Shown: positions 28,044-37,357 of the stretch, in pieces
Layout: each line of letters begins with the position of its first letter
Numbering within the stretch: position 1 is the stretch's first letter
Origin: Marine group II euryarchaeote REDSEA-S11_B3N4
GTDB lineage: Archaea > Thermoplasmatota > Poseidoniia > Poseidoniales > Thalassarchaeaceae
Assembly (NCBI GenBank): GCA_001628485.1
Contig: LURR01000017.1
Location: 2,599 to 66,598, forward strand
Direction: 5' to 3'
DNA length: 64,000 nt
Made by a program: the position numbers and the translations under genes
The notes under the pieces: generated by a model
What the model was told of the DNA's origin: nothing
Seen by the model: the letters and a program-made list of their open reading frames with translations, nothing else
Database searches by the model: none

Positions 28044-31000
28044 ATGAGTCAGGCCCCAGAAAACACAGTTGTACGTCCAGAATACGATGCTTCGATGATG
28101 GGTCTGTACGCATCTCTGGTCGCTGGAGGACTTATGCTGGCCTATGCGATTTGGTACGTTACGGTGGTGAATGTAGACAACGACTACTCATTCCTTACCC
28201 TCGGTGTCATCACCGGAGCCACCGCAGTATCTGTGATAGGCTTACACGAGTGGATGAGGAGTCAGGCTGGCCCAGACAGGTCGGAGAACCCGATTGAGGA
28301 GTATGGAGGGGCGATAGCGGTTCTGATGGGCTCGCTATCTGTTGTTTGGCTCTCCCGGTTCGCAGTTTTCTATGCGGGCCAAGAGAATGACTGGATAGCA
28401 ATTCAAGATGGGGATGTTTGGATGCCAGTGTGGCTCGCGGCATTGCAGGCAGTGGGCATCCTTGTCGTGATGGAGATAAGCACTCGGAATATCCGGAGGC
28501 ACTCTCTCGGGACTCTACCGAGGACTGTTGTTGTCCTAGCACCTCTCGCGGTTCTGTTCAGTGGGGTGAAGATTTGGCTAGAATACTCTCGGGGGGAGGT
28601 TGAGACCTTCATCACCCTGTCAGTAATCCTCCTCTCAGGATCCGCCGTCCTCTACTCGCTCAGGCTAGACAGGGCCATCCTGTACCTAATGTCCTCAGGA
28701 GCCGCGGTAGGATTGCCCATATTCATCGCACTCAGCTCTTGGGGAGAGACTGAGCACGCCAGCCTGCTAGTCCCAGCAGTTGTGATTGTGGGGATAACCG
28801 CCACCGACAGAAGCCTATCCAAGAAAATGATCGAGAATGGGTCAGGGGCTGTGGTAGCCGCCATTCTGTTCTGCCAGATTCTGGCTGCGGACGAGACACA
28901 GTTCTCAATAGCCGGGCACACCATCTCCGAGCATCCGTTCGGCCTAACCTTCTGGCTCTGGGTCGCCCTCCTAGTCGGCTGGTTCGCACCAACGACGATG
29001 CAGAGAACCCCTGCTATGCCAGTGGGGTTGGCACTGGCACTGGCACTCCTCTCGGATGAGGCTGCCATGGTTGCCTGGGTGGTCGGAATCTGTGCATTCG
29101 TATACCTGGAGACCCGTCCACAGGCAAGAGACTGGGTCGTGAGAGCGACATACGTAGCCATGGTGGCCTCATGGACCGTGTCGTCGTTCATAGGTGCGGG
29201 AAGAGACGGAAACATACTCGAGTTCGAGTCTCTCAAACTCGGCATAGTAGACGGAATCTCCCTAGTGATATTCCCATCGTTGCTGGCCCTGGGAATATGG
29301 GCCCAGTGGAGAGGCAGGCTGAGGACCTATGAGGGCCCCTCAATCCTCTTGGTACTCGCATCATTAAATTACGAACTTCTAGAGGAGGCAGGCCCCCTCT
29401 TCCTGCTAATCATTTCAGCAGCATCACTATTCCAACTGAACTGGTTCTTGCGCTCGAGATTTGAAGATAGATACGAAAGAGAGTGGTTCTCGGACTTGGG
29501 ATATATAGTCCTCTTATCTTCCCCGTTGATCCTTTCCAGTATCCTAACAATCGGCGAGCAAGACCTGGAACCTATGATTCTGGCTTTGCCTCTGATACTG
29601 TTCTTCGGGGTGTTCGGGATCTGCCACAGGTGGAGAGTCGATGGCGAGAGCCTTGTTCTAAGGCCGGAGATGGCGACTATGCTCATACTGGTTCTAGTAT
29701 TCCTCATCAACAACGTCCGTCCTTGGGAGGAAGGGGACTTCTCAACAGAAACCATTTCCCTGACTCTGGCTTGCTCGGCTCTGCTTGCTGCCCTCCTAGC
29801 AGTAGAGGGAGGGGCTGCATTCAGGACAACTCCATTCGAGAGACTGGTGGGCATAACCTACCTCTTCTCCGTCTCAGTGGTCTCAGCGAATATCCTCTCT
29901 TGGGAGGGCGCAGAACTCTGGGCACGGGTAACTAGGGACTTGATCATCATCGCCGCTCCCGTAGTTGTAAACTTCCGCTTGAAGACTCTGCTAGACCTAT
30001 CGCAGGAGGCCAGAAACTTTGGCAGCATGACCCTTTTCGTACTTCTCTTAATCGGTATGACCGATTCCTCAGGGGGGTTGCTGGCACTGCCAGTTTTCGC
30101 CATCGCTGTGCAGAGGGCTGCGAAGCACGTATCCACTCCAGTCCTTGTGGCATTGCCCGTGGTTGCCGTAATCTATGCATCCTTCTTCGACTCTTTGCGG
30201 GACGAAAGCGACCTGATATGGGCACTACTCAATGGCATTCCATACCTAGGGGAAACGACGGATATTCTCCTATTTGACACTCCCAGATGGGTCTCTCTTC
30301 TACTGCTATCTATACCGGCCTCGGTTGCAATCCACCTCCCTTCGGAAAAGGAGCGTGAGGGCGGGTCAAGATACGGTCCAGAGCAACTCTTCGGACCCGC
30401 AGTCGCTACCCTCCTCTCCGTGGCTTTCCTCCTTCCGGATCCACAGACTGCGCCCATAGTCATCGTGACAGTCATTACTGCTGGAGCATGGAGACAGGGA
30501 GTAATCAATTGGTTTTGGATTTCTCCCATAGCATGGTTCTGGGCTTCTCTGGAGCTATTCCAGTATCTCGAAGTCGGACAGGGGTCGGACTATGCCCGTG
30601 TGATCGGGGGCTTGGCTGGATTCTCCCAGTACTTGCTTTTCCATAACGGATTGCTCCTGGCTAACTCGCCGTTCGAAGACCATGATGCGGGGAACGACGA
30701 ATTTCTGGGCTTGGCTTCCAGGGTGTACGGATACGTCTTCCTTCTAATTTCTGGAGGAGTAAGCGGAGCTCTCCCATTTGTCTCTGCCTTGGTGGCTGGC
30801 TGGGACGGCATCAGGACCGGCACTCCAATCGTACTGCACGGATCGGTTTTGGTCCAAACCCTGACTCTCGAGTCATGGTTGCGTCACGATTTTGGACTCC
30901 ATTCAGAAGATGCGCTGGTCTGGCCCATCGCTGTCGGCATTGTGATGGTCGGATTGTCATGGCGCAGGGCGAATCCCTACGGGCGGGAGGTCATGGTTCA

Positions 31001-31715
31001 GGCTGTCGGAACATCTGAGTCAGAGCCCTTCGACACGGAGAGGGACTTCGGGATGTTCGGCTCCGCATTCTTCCTGATTGCCATGTTCCCATACTCTGAG
31101 TTCATAGAAGTGGATTTCGCGTTCGGGGCATCGATAGTGCTTCTATCATTGCACCATGTCATCGTCGGTTTCGGCAGGGATCACGGATGGAGGAGGCTTA
31201 TCAGCCTGATCGGAATGCCTTCAGGCCTCATAGTCACAGGCGTTGCTTATGAGGGTCTGATAATGGTGCTGATGCTTTTCCTAGCATCTTTGACGCTCAT
31301 TGGTCAGGCTGTCCTATACGCCTCAAGAGGGGGTTTGGAGATTGGCAGCACAATCGAGGGTGCAGCCCCAATCGTTTCAGATGTGGGAGTCTCTGAGCCT
31401 TCTCCCGAGCCTAGTAAAACCAAAGAAGAGCCAACTGAGGTCAGTGAGGAAGCAGAACCAGAAGATGACGTGCCCTCGGAAGAGGTGGACGAGGAGGAAA
31501 GTGTCGAACCGGAACCAGTGAAACCACAATCTCCCTTATTCGAATCAGAAGACGCCCTCTTCGGAATTAGGTTGGAGCCGAACATGATGTACAACCTCAG
31601 AGAGATGATATCGACAAACAGGACCGTAGACTTCAGCAAGTGGTCTCCGGTACTGGCGATTAGCTCCAACGGATCAATAGTCCTGAACTGGGAGAAATCC
31701 TCAGAGGAGGAGTGA
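28044..31715 (+). CDS. Giant (1223 aa) polytopic membrane protein, ~30+ predicted TM helices, acidic Pro/Glu-rich C-terminal tail; no recognisable family
   Basis: Uninterrupted 3.67-kb ORF. Almost entirely hydrophobic helices with short loops. C-terminal ~150 aa EPSPEPSKTKEEPTEVSEEAEPEDD... Confidence 0.6.
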   Translation: MSQAPENTVVRPEYDASMMGLYASLVAGGLMLAYAIWYVTVVNVDNDYSFLTLGVITGATAVSVIGLHEWMRSQAGPDRSENPIEEYGGAIAVLMGSLSVVWLSRFAVFYAGQENDWIAIQDGDVWMPVWLAALQAVGILVVMEISTRNIRRHSLGTLPRTVVVLAPLAVLFSGVKIWLEYSRGEVETFITLSVILLSGSAVLYSLRLDRAILYLMSSGAAVGLPIFIALSSWGETEHASLLVPAVVIVGITATDRSLSKKMIENGSGAVVAAILFCQILAADETQFSIAGHTISEHPFGLTFWLWVALLVGWFAPTTMQRTPAMPVGLALALALLSDEAAMVAWVVGICAFVYLETRPQARDWVVRATYVAMVASWTVSSFIGAGRDGNILEFESLKLGIVDGISLVIFPSLLALGIWAQWRGRLRTYEGPSILLVLASLNYELLEEAGPLFLLIISAASLFQLNWFLRSRFEDRYEREWFSDLGYIVLLSSPLILSSILTIGEQDLEPMILALPLILFFGVFGICHRWRVDGESLVLRPEMATMLILVLVFLINNVRPWEEGDFSTETISLTLACSALLAALLAVEGGAAFRTTPFERLVGITYLFSVSVVSANILSWEGAELWARVTRDLIIIAAPVVVNFRLKTLLDLSQEARNFGSMTLFVLLLIGMTDSSGGLLALPVFAIAVQRAAKHVSTPVLVALPVVAVIYASFFDSLRDESDLIWALLNGIPYLGETTDILLFDTPRWVSLLLLSIPASVAIHLPSEKEREGGSRYGPEQLFGPAVATLLSVAFLLPDPQTAPIVIVTVITAGAWRQGVINWFWISPIAWFWASLELFQYLEVGQGSDYARVIGGLAGFSQYLLFHNGLLLANSPFEDHDAGNDEFLGLASRVYGYVFLLISGGVSGALPFVSALVAGWDGIRTGTPIVLHGSVLVQTLTLESWLRHDFGLHSEDALVWPIAVGIVMVGLSWRRANPYGREVMVQAVGTSESEPFDTERDFGMFGSAFFLIAMFPYSEFIEVDFAFGASIVLLSLHHVIVGFGRDHGWRRLISLIGMPSGLIVTGVAYEGLIMVLMLFLASLTLIGQAVLYASRGGLEIGSTIEGAAPIVSDVGVSEPSPEPSKTKEEPTEVSEEAEPEDDVPSEEVDEEESVEPEPVKPQSPLFESEDALFGIRLEPNMMYNLREMISTNRTVDFSKWSPVLAISSNGSIVLNWEKSSEEE

Positions 31716-31725
31716 GCCGTCTAGT

Positions 31726-31932
31726 TCACTCTTCTTCAGACTCGCCGATCTTTCGAACATTGATGGCGTTCGGGCCCTTGTCACTGTCTCCAATTTCGAA
31801 TTCCACAATGTCTCCTTCGCTGATTCTTCCGTCTACCTCAGTAGTGTGCACGAAGAGGTCATCTCCCTCATCGCGCCCAATGAACCCATATCCTTTCACG
31901 TAGTTGAACCACTTTACAGTCCCCGTCTCCAT
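31726..31932 (-). CDS. csp: Cold-shock protein (CspA family, S1-like cold-shock domain)
   Basis: GTVKWFNYVKGYGFI...DLFVH are RNP1/RNP2 cold-shock motifs. 68 aa with acidic tail. Confidence 0.9.
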   Translation of the reverse strand: METGTVKWFNYVKGYGFIGRDEGDDLFVHTTEVDGRISEGDIVEFEIGDSDKGPNAINVRKIGESEEE

Positions 31933-31988
31933 GCACTAGGCTCGAAAAACAGGTTATTGAACTAGACTGCTCACAGAGGTGCCAGTCC

Positions 31989-33122
31989 CTAGAACACGTC
32001 ATCTTCGTCTTCTGAATCGTCGAATGATATCATTCCGCTGGATTTCCCCGTCTTCCCCTTCGCTGGAGTCTTCTTGACTGTCTCCTTCTTGGGCTTTTCT
32101 TCCACCTCTCCGGTTAGCTGAGCCTTACGGGCGGCCGCAGCCTCCTCCTCCTTCCTCTTCAATTCCTCAGGGTCTATTCCCTGTTGTACAGCGAGCTTCG
32201 CCCTACGCTCGTCTCTGGCCTTTATCTCCAGGAGCCTCTGCCTGGCTTTATCGTAGTGCTGAAGCATGTACATTGCATCGTGCTCGAGTAGAGGTGAGTC
32301 CGAGATTATTGTGATGTCCATCCAATCCCCCTCCTCGGCGAGGTACTCGGCGAAGGGCTCGAACTTCAGGTCGGACTTCTTTATTTGCGTGTAGTGGAGG
32401 GCGTTCCCCATCCTGTGCTCGACTCCCGCAAAGTGGCAGTAGAACGTCGAGCCGCCGTAGGTCTCCCTTGCTTGATCGAAGAGTTCCGCATAGTCCTCGC
32501 TGGTCCTTAGCCTCCCATGGCCCCGAGCGTGGATGTGCCCCATATTCAGAACAGGGACAGTTCCCTCAACGTGATTGCAAACTTCGAGAACTTCTTCTAC
32601 GGTGCCCCACAACTCCTGTCTTCCGGAGGTCTCGACCCCGACTAGTGATGGCTCAGATTCGTGCACCCAGGGGAATGCGTAGTAATCTTCCTCTTCCTCC
32701 TCATCTCCCCAGACTTCTCTTACTCGCTCGACTACTCCCGCCATGACATTGGCCACCTGCTCATTTGCCTCGGTCCCAGGCTCGTACTCTCCATACGGCC
32801 CTACATGGAATGTTAGATGTCTTGCGTTGATTATTTTTCCAGCCTGGAGGCTCGTCTCCATCTTCGAAAGAGTTCTGTTTCTTTCCCTCTTGCTACCGAG
32901 TAGCTCCGCGTAGTAAGGGCCGTGCATGTTCATCTCGAAGTCAGACTTCCAAGAGAGTATTCCAGCCTGCCAGTATTGGTCGAAGTGCTGGGGCTGGATG
33001 GTTCTGACTGTCTGCACCTCCATGGCATCTAGGCCAAGCACGGTGATATCGTCCATCCCCTCGACTATGGTGCGGCCCTTGCAGGAGAGGGGAACTCCGG
33101 CTGGCCCTAGTTTGAGTGGCAT
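31989..33122 (-). CDS. Xylose-isomerase-like TIM-barrel protein, endonuclease IV (AP endonuclease family 2)-like, with K/E-rich C-terminal tail
   Basis: ARHLTFHVGPYG (cf. Nfo NIHPGS), TFYCHFAGVEH (cf. DTCHAFAAGYD), metal-ligand-like H/E/D pattern. 70-aa Lys/Glu-rich tail. ORF extends to 33164. Confidence 0.45.
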   Translation of the reverse strand: MPLKLGPAGVPLSCKGRTIVEGMDDITVLGLDAMEVQTVRTIQPQHFDQYWQAGILSWKSDFEMNMHGPYYAELLGSKRERNRTLSKMETSLQAGKIINARHLTFHVGPYGEYEPGTEANEQVANVMAGVVERVREVWGDEEEEEDYYAFPWVHESEPSLVGVETSGRQELWGTVEEVLEVCNHVEGTVPVLNMGHIHARGHGRLRTSEDYAELFDQARETYGGSTFYCHFAGVEHRMGNALHYTQIKKSDLKFEPFAEYLAEEGDWMDITIISDSPLLEHDAMYMLQHYDKARQRLLEIKARDERRAKLAVQQGIDPEELKRKEEEAAAARKAQLTGEVEEKPKKETVKKTPAKGKTGKSSGMISFDDSEDEDDVF

Positions 33123-33199
33123 CCCATTGGCCTCGCGGGTCCGGCCGAAAGGGTGCCCCTTCAAAAGGGGTTTCAGTGAAGATTTCGATTTACGCTAGA

Positions 33200-33853
33200 T
33201 TACTCGAATAGAGACCTGGCCGCAATCGCAACAGCAGATGCCCCATAACCAGAAGCCGGTAGAGCACATAGGAACCCTGCTAGCCACCGCTCAGTCCCCA
33301 TGTCTCCCTCAACCTCTACCACATCTCTCCCCATTGAGTGACTCACTTCTGCGACTCCCTCGATCGGATCGAAGGTGCATACGATAGGAACTGCCCCCCT
33401 ATCTCTAATCTCGCCCAAGAGGAGGTTCGGAGGGATCTCTTCGATTTTTGAAACCTCTTCCAATGCTTCATTGCTGATGAATAGCAGGTTAACCTGTCTG
33501 ATCCTATCTATCACGGAACCCCATGCCTCCTCTAGCCTGTCGGCCTCACTAGGAACTCCAACTATCATCGCCGACTTGCAACCCTCCAACTCAGCGAATG
33601 TCAATGACGATCCCCAAGCCGATTTCATAGAATCACCAAATAATGGGCCGTCAGAGGAAAGAACTAGCCAGTGCTTGTTACCAAGGATTGTCCTCCAATC
33701 GATTAGGCCCTGGTCGAACTCGTCGTACTGGTCGGATTCGATGATGAAATCAACTTCTGCTCCTATTCTAATCGCCTCTTCTGTGACCGAGGAAGCAACA
33801 TCGCTCCCACCAATTCTTCCCAGACCGGCAATCCTGATTGGCATCCCTTCCAT
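33200..33853 (-). CDS. Hypothetical protein with N-terminal Rossmann-like G-rich motif
   Basis: IRIAGLGRIGGSDVA...DFIIESD (GxGxxG plus acidic residue), C-terminal GDMGTERWLAGFL. Family not recognised. Confidence 0.3.
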   Translation of the reverse strand: MEGMPIRIAGLGRIGGSDVASSVTEEAIRIGAEVDFIIESDQYDEFDQGLIDWRTILGNKHWLVLSSDGPLFGDSMKSAWGSSLTFAELEGCKSAMIVGVPSEADRLEEAWGSVIDRIRQVNLLFISNEALEEVSKIEEIPPNLLLGEIRDRGAVPIVCTFDPIEGVAEVSHSMGRDVVEVEGDMGTERWLAGFLCALPASGYGASAVAIAARSLFE

Positions 33854-33887
33854 GGCTCGCTCTGAACATACCCATCAAGAGGGTTGT

Positions 33888-34940
33888 CTATTCCAACTTC
33901 CACCTGAGGATTGCGATAGCTCCCCCCATTCCTAGAAGTTGCTTGCCCGAATCATGCTCGGAAGATGCCTGGATAACTCGCCCACCGGATGCTTTGACCG
34001 AACTCGCTATTTCCTCCCATTCAGTGGATTCTTCTTCCCCTCTAAGTAATCCCGCTTCAATCACCAAGGTCTCGACCGCACCCTGTTCGGAAGCCTCGGA
34101 CACCATCTTCTTGCCATAGGTGACAGCTCCATCGGTGGAAATTCGTCTTAGTGCCTCCTCGATTGCCCTGACTTGTTCCACTATCGCATGCTCTCCGAGC
34201 AGAGTGTCGGCTAGGCCCTCCGAAAGGACCTCGTTCGCGGCAGCCCTACCTCCGATTGAAGTCGGCACGTTCACCACTCTGTTTTTTGCCCCTGAATCTC
34301 TCAACTTCGACTCGAAACCCTCTCTGGCTAGTCCTGGACCGCAGATGATCAAGGGTATCCCATCAGAAAAAACCATCTTTGCCTCCTTTGCTACTTTTTC
34401 GAAGAACTCCTCTCTGACTGCGGTTGTGTCTCCCGTCCTCTTCCCACCACCGCGTAGATTGAACTGGGAGACATCTCTGATTCCATGAGTTGCAACCTCG
34501 AAGATTAGGATCTCATCATTCTCTACCACCATGAGTCCGGATCTAGTCTTCTTTCCTGAAGCGATAGCTTCCTTCACTAGGGACTCATCTGAATTGGACA
34601 AACCTCCCTCGCGAGTCAACTCTATCTCGTCACCGGGAGAAATAACGTGAGTGTGGTGGCTGCCGATGTCTATCTTGGCCTCCTTAATCACGCCATGTAC
34701 TCGGAGGCTGTCAGTGAATGGCTGGAAGGCAGTCTCAGTAGCCTCTAAGAGAATCCACATGGGCTTCCTCTCCGCGCTCTTTGCACGACCATCCTCCCTC
34801 GTGCCCGTGGTAGAGTCTCTTCTGTGTGAGAGCATCCCAACAAGGCAACCAGTGCCGCAGACCTGGGATAGGACCCACAGATCGTCCTCGCTCTCTATCC
34901 TCAGTCTAACTCCCTCGTCCAACCTCTTGACCCGACGCAT
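33888..34940 (-). CDS. pelA: Pelota (Dom34) mRNA surveillance / ribosome rescue factor
   Basis: N-terminal VRLRIESEDDLWVL, eRF1-like central and C-terminal domains, C-terminus GGAIAILRWKLE, no GGQ. ORF opens at 35003; the internal Met is used here. Confidence 0.85.
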   Translation of the reverse strand: MRRVKRLDEGVRLRIESEDDLWVLSQVCGTGCLVGMLSHRRDSTTGTREDGRAKSAERKPMWILLEATETAFQPFTDSLRVHGVIKEAKIDIGSHHTHVISPGDEIELTREGGLSNSDESLVKEAIASGKKTRSGLMVVENDEILIFEVATHGIRDVSQFNLRGGGKRTGDTTAVREEFFEKVAKEAKMVFSDGIPLIICGPGLAREGFESKLRDSGAKNRVVNVPTSIGGRAAANEVLSEGLADTLLGEHAIVEQVRAIEEALRRISTDGAVTYGKKMVSEASEQGAVETLVIEAGLLRGEEESTEWEEIASSVKASGGRVIQASSEHDSGKQLLGMGGAIAILRWKLE

Positions 34941-35014
34941 TCCTGTGACTCCCAGCACTGTCGGTGAAGGAGCGCTCTTGAAACCTTCATCGGTGATAAC
35001 CACTGGCGAGAGTC

Positions 35015-35740
35015 ATGGGAGCGCCCGCCTACTGGGGTGTCGCAGGTCACCCAATCTCTCATTCTGTCACTCCCAAGCTTTTCTCAATAGTGGGGGGTGC
35101 AATGGGGCTGGTCCAAGCAGAGCAAATATTTGTCGAAGCATCTAGTGAGAGGGAGTTTCACTCGAAGGTAGAGATGTTAAGCGGAGACCTTTGGCTCTCT
35201 TGCACTGCCCCTCTGAAGCACTCTCCGCATTCCAGATTGGGGGTGCAAGGGCCTGTCGGCGTTAACGCAATCAACCAACTAATGAGAGCAAATGGGGTTT
35301 GGAAGGGAGCTAGTACTGATGGAACAGGCTTCGTTTCTGCTTGCAGACACATAGGCGTCGAGCCGTCTAGTTCCATCCTCAGAATGAGGGGGGGAGGTTC
35401 TACCGCTCGATCCATAGCAGCTGCATGGTCCTCAGAAGGAGGCTCGATAATCCCAGAGATGGGGCGCAGGAAACTCGTAAAGGGGCCTTGGGACTCAAGC
35501 ATATTGGATTCAGGAAATGCTGACATTTCGATAGATCTTGATTCAGCCCCTGCCGGAGGGCAATCCGTTGAACTTGAGTCGGATATGCAGGTGTCCATTT
35601 CCTACAATGAGTCTTCATCTAAGGAGGACTTCGCCATCATCATGTTGGCTGCCCAGCATCTGGAGGCATGGCATTCCCTCTTCGCATCAAAAGACGGGAA
35701 AAACATTCCAAGTTTAGAAGATGTTCTGGCTCATTTGTGA
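35015..35740 (+). CDS. aroE: Shikimate dehydrogenase
   Basis: YWGVAGHPISHSVTPKLF (substrate-binding), LSCTAPLK, GVNAINQL...GASTDGTGF (NTDG motif). Confidence 0.85.
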   Translation: MGAPAYWGVAGHPISHSVTPKLFSIVGGAMGLVQAEQIFVEASSEREFHSKVEMLSGDLWLSCTAPLKHSPHSRLGVQGPVGVNAINQLMRANGVWKGASTDGTGFVSACRHIGVEPSSSILRMRGGGSTARSIAAAWSSEGGSIIPEMGRRKLVKGPWDSSILDSGNADISIDLDSAPAGGQSVELESDMQVSISYNESSSKEDFAIIMLAAQHLEAWHSLFASKDGKNIPSLEDVLAHL

Positions 35741-35764
35741 TTAGAAGAAATTGGGATTTACATA

Positions 35765-37348
35765 TCATAGAGGTATGTTTCCATGCTTCTTTGGAGGTAC
35801 AAGGACCCTCTTCGTTAGCAAAGGTCTGAGGGCGCTTACCAGAGCTCTTCTGGTTTGGGAGGGCTCTATGACGTCATCCAACCAACCGTGCCGGGCCGCG
35901 ACATAGGGGTCGCCGAACTTTTCCCTGTAGTCATTGACAAGTTCCGAGTAAGTCTCATCCGGATTTTCTGAGACGGCTAGCTCAGCTCTGTGGATGATTC
36001 TGACTGCGCCTTCAGCGCCCATAACGGCCAGCTCTCCAGTGGGCCATGAAACGTTGTAGTCCGATCCAAGGTGCTTGCAACTCATAGCTAGGTATGCCCC
36101 TCCGTATGCCTTCCTTGTCACCACTGCGAGCTTGGGTACAGTGGCCTCCGCGTATGCGTACAGGAGCTTGGCCCCGTGACGGATAATCCCGCCCCATTCC
36201 TGAACAGTACCGGGAAGGAATCCGGGCACATCTACGAACGTCACTATTGGGATATTGAAGCAGTCACAGGTCCTTATGAATCTAGCCGCCTTGACAGATG
36301 CGTCGATATCGAGACATCCAGCGAGAACTGAGGGCTGGTTTCCCACCACGCCCACCGGTACCCCGTCAAGCCTGGCAAAGCCGACAACTACGTTCTCTGC
36401 ATATGAGGGAAACAACTCAAGGAAGCGTTTGTCATCGACAACCTCAGCTACCACCCCCCTCATGTCATACGGCCTGTCAGAATCAAGGGGAACCAGTTTA
36501 TCCATTCCCTTGCACTTTCTCTTCCACTTGTCTCCTGTGGAAAGTCTTGGGGGCTCTGCCATTGTATGGTCGGGGAGGAATGACAGTATTTCTGCCGCAA
36601 TGTCGAATGCTCCGCTTTCGCTTTCGGAGACCATGCACGCAACCCCGCTCCTACTTGCATGATGGGTGGCTCCCCCCAGCGTGTCCTCGTCCACCTCTCC
36701 TGAGATTATCTCTGGGATGACGTATGGGCTTCTCATGAACATCCTCCCTCTCTGTCGGCCTAGTATCACGAAGTCGGAGAGTCCCGCGGCAAGTGCGCTA
36801 GTTCCTGAAACGGTTCCCAGGACAATGGACAGGATCGGGACCTTTCCGGAGCAGGATACTAGCAGGTCCAACATCTCACCGTTGGGGCCCAGTGATGTTA
36901 CTCCCTCGTGAGGGCGCTGTCCGTCACCATCCCATATTCCGATAACCGGTAGTCGCCCCTTCTCTGCGAGCTCAAGAATCTTGCAAATCTTCCTAGCATG
37001 CATCTCCCCCATGGTCCCTGAGAATACTGCGAAATCCTGCGAGAAGCACACCACCCTTCTCCCGTCCAACATGCCGTGTCCAGCCACTACTCCGTCCCCA
37101 AGCGGTTCGTGCAGATGCATGCCATGATCTCCAGACCTGTGCTTGACGAAAGCGTCTACTTCAACGAAGCTTCCATCGTCGAGTAGGCCCAAGATTCTCT
37201 CTCTAGCGGTTCTGGAGCCAGCTTCCCTGATCTCCCTGATTACTGCCCTGTCTCCGGGAGATTTTGCATCACGTCTGATCGCATCCAGATCTTCGCTGGG
37301 TCTGGACCCTGCCATGAAGAGTCCAAGTGCAAGTCGGTTCATCAGCAA
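35765..37348 (-). CDS. pccB: Acyl-CoA carboxylase carboxyltransferase subunit (propionyl-CoA carboxylase beta / methylmalonyl-CoA decarboxylase alpha family)
   Basis: 527 aa, tandem crotonase-like CT domains. No biotin carboxylase or BCCP gene adjacent. Confidence 0.85.
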   Translation of the reverse strand: MLMNRLALGLFMAGSRPSEDLDAIRRDAKSPGDRAVIREIREAGSRTARERILGLLDDGSFVEVDAFVKHRSGDHGMHLHEPLGDGVVAGHGMLDGRRVVCFSQDFAVFSGTMGEMHARKICKILELAEKGRLPVIGIWDGDGQRPHEGVTSLGPNGEMLDLLVSCSGKVPILSIVLGTVSGTSALAAGLSDFVILGRQRGRMFMRSPYVIPEIISGEVDEDTLGGATHHASRSGVACMVSESESGAFDIAAEILSFLPDHTMAEPPRLSTGDKWKRKCKGMDKLVPLDSDRPYDMRGVVAEVVDDKRFLELFPSYAENVVVGFARLDGVPVGVVGNQPSVLAGCLDIDASVKAARFIRTCDCFNIPIVTFVDVPGFLPGTVQEWGGIIRHGAKLLYAYAEATVPKLAVVTRKAYGGAYLAMSCKHLGSDYNVSWPTGELAVMGAEGAVRIIHRAELAVSENPDETYSELVNDYREKFGDPYVAARHGWLDDVIEPSQTRRALVSALRPLLTKRVLVPPKKHGNIPL

Positions 37349-37357
37349 ACCGGAGGC

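Noticed and set aside
33888-35003. Alternative call of the 371-aa ORF as aRF1 (peptide chain release factor) rather than Pelota
   Set aside because: There is no GGQ or NIKS motif, and the C-terminus GGAIAILRW matches the Pelota-specific ending. Pelota is retained.
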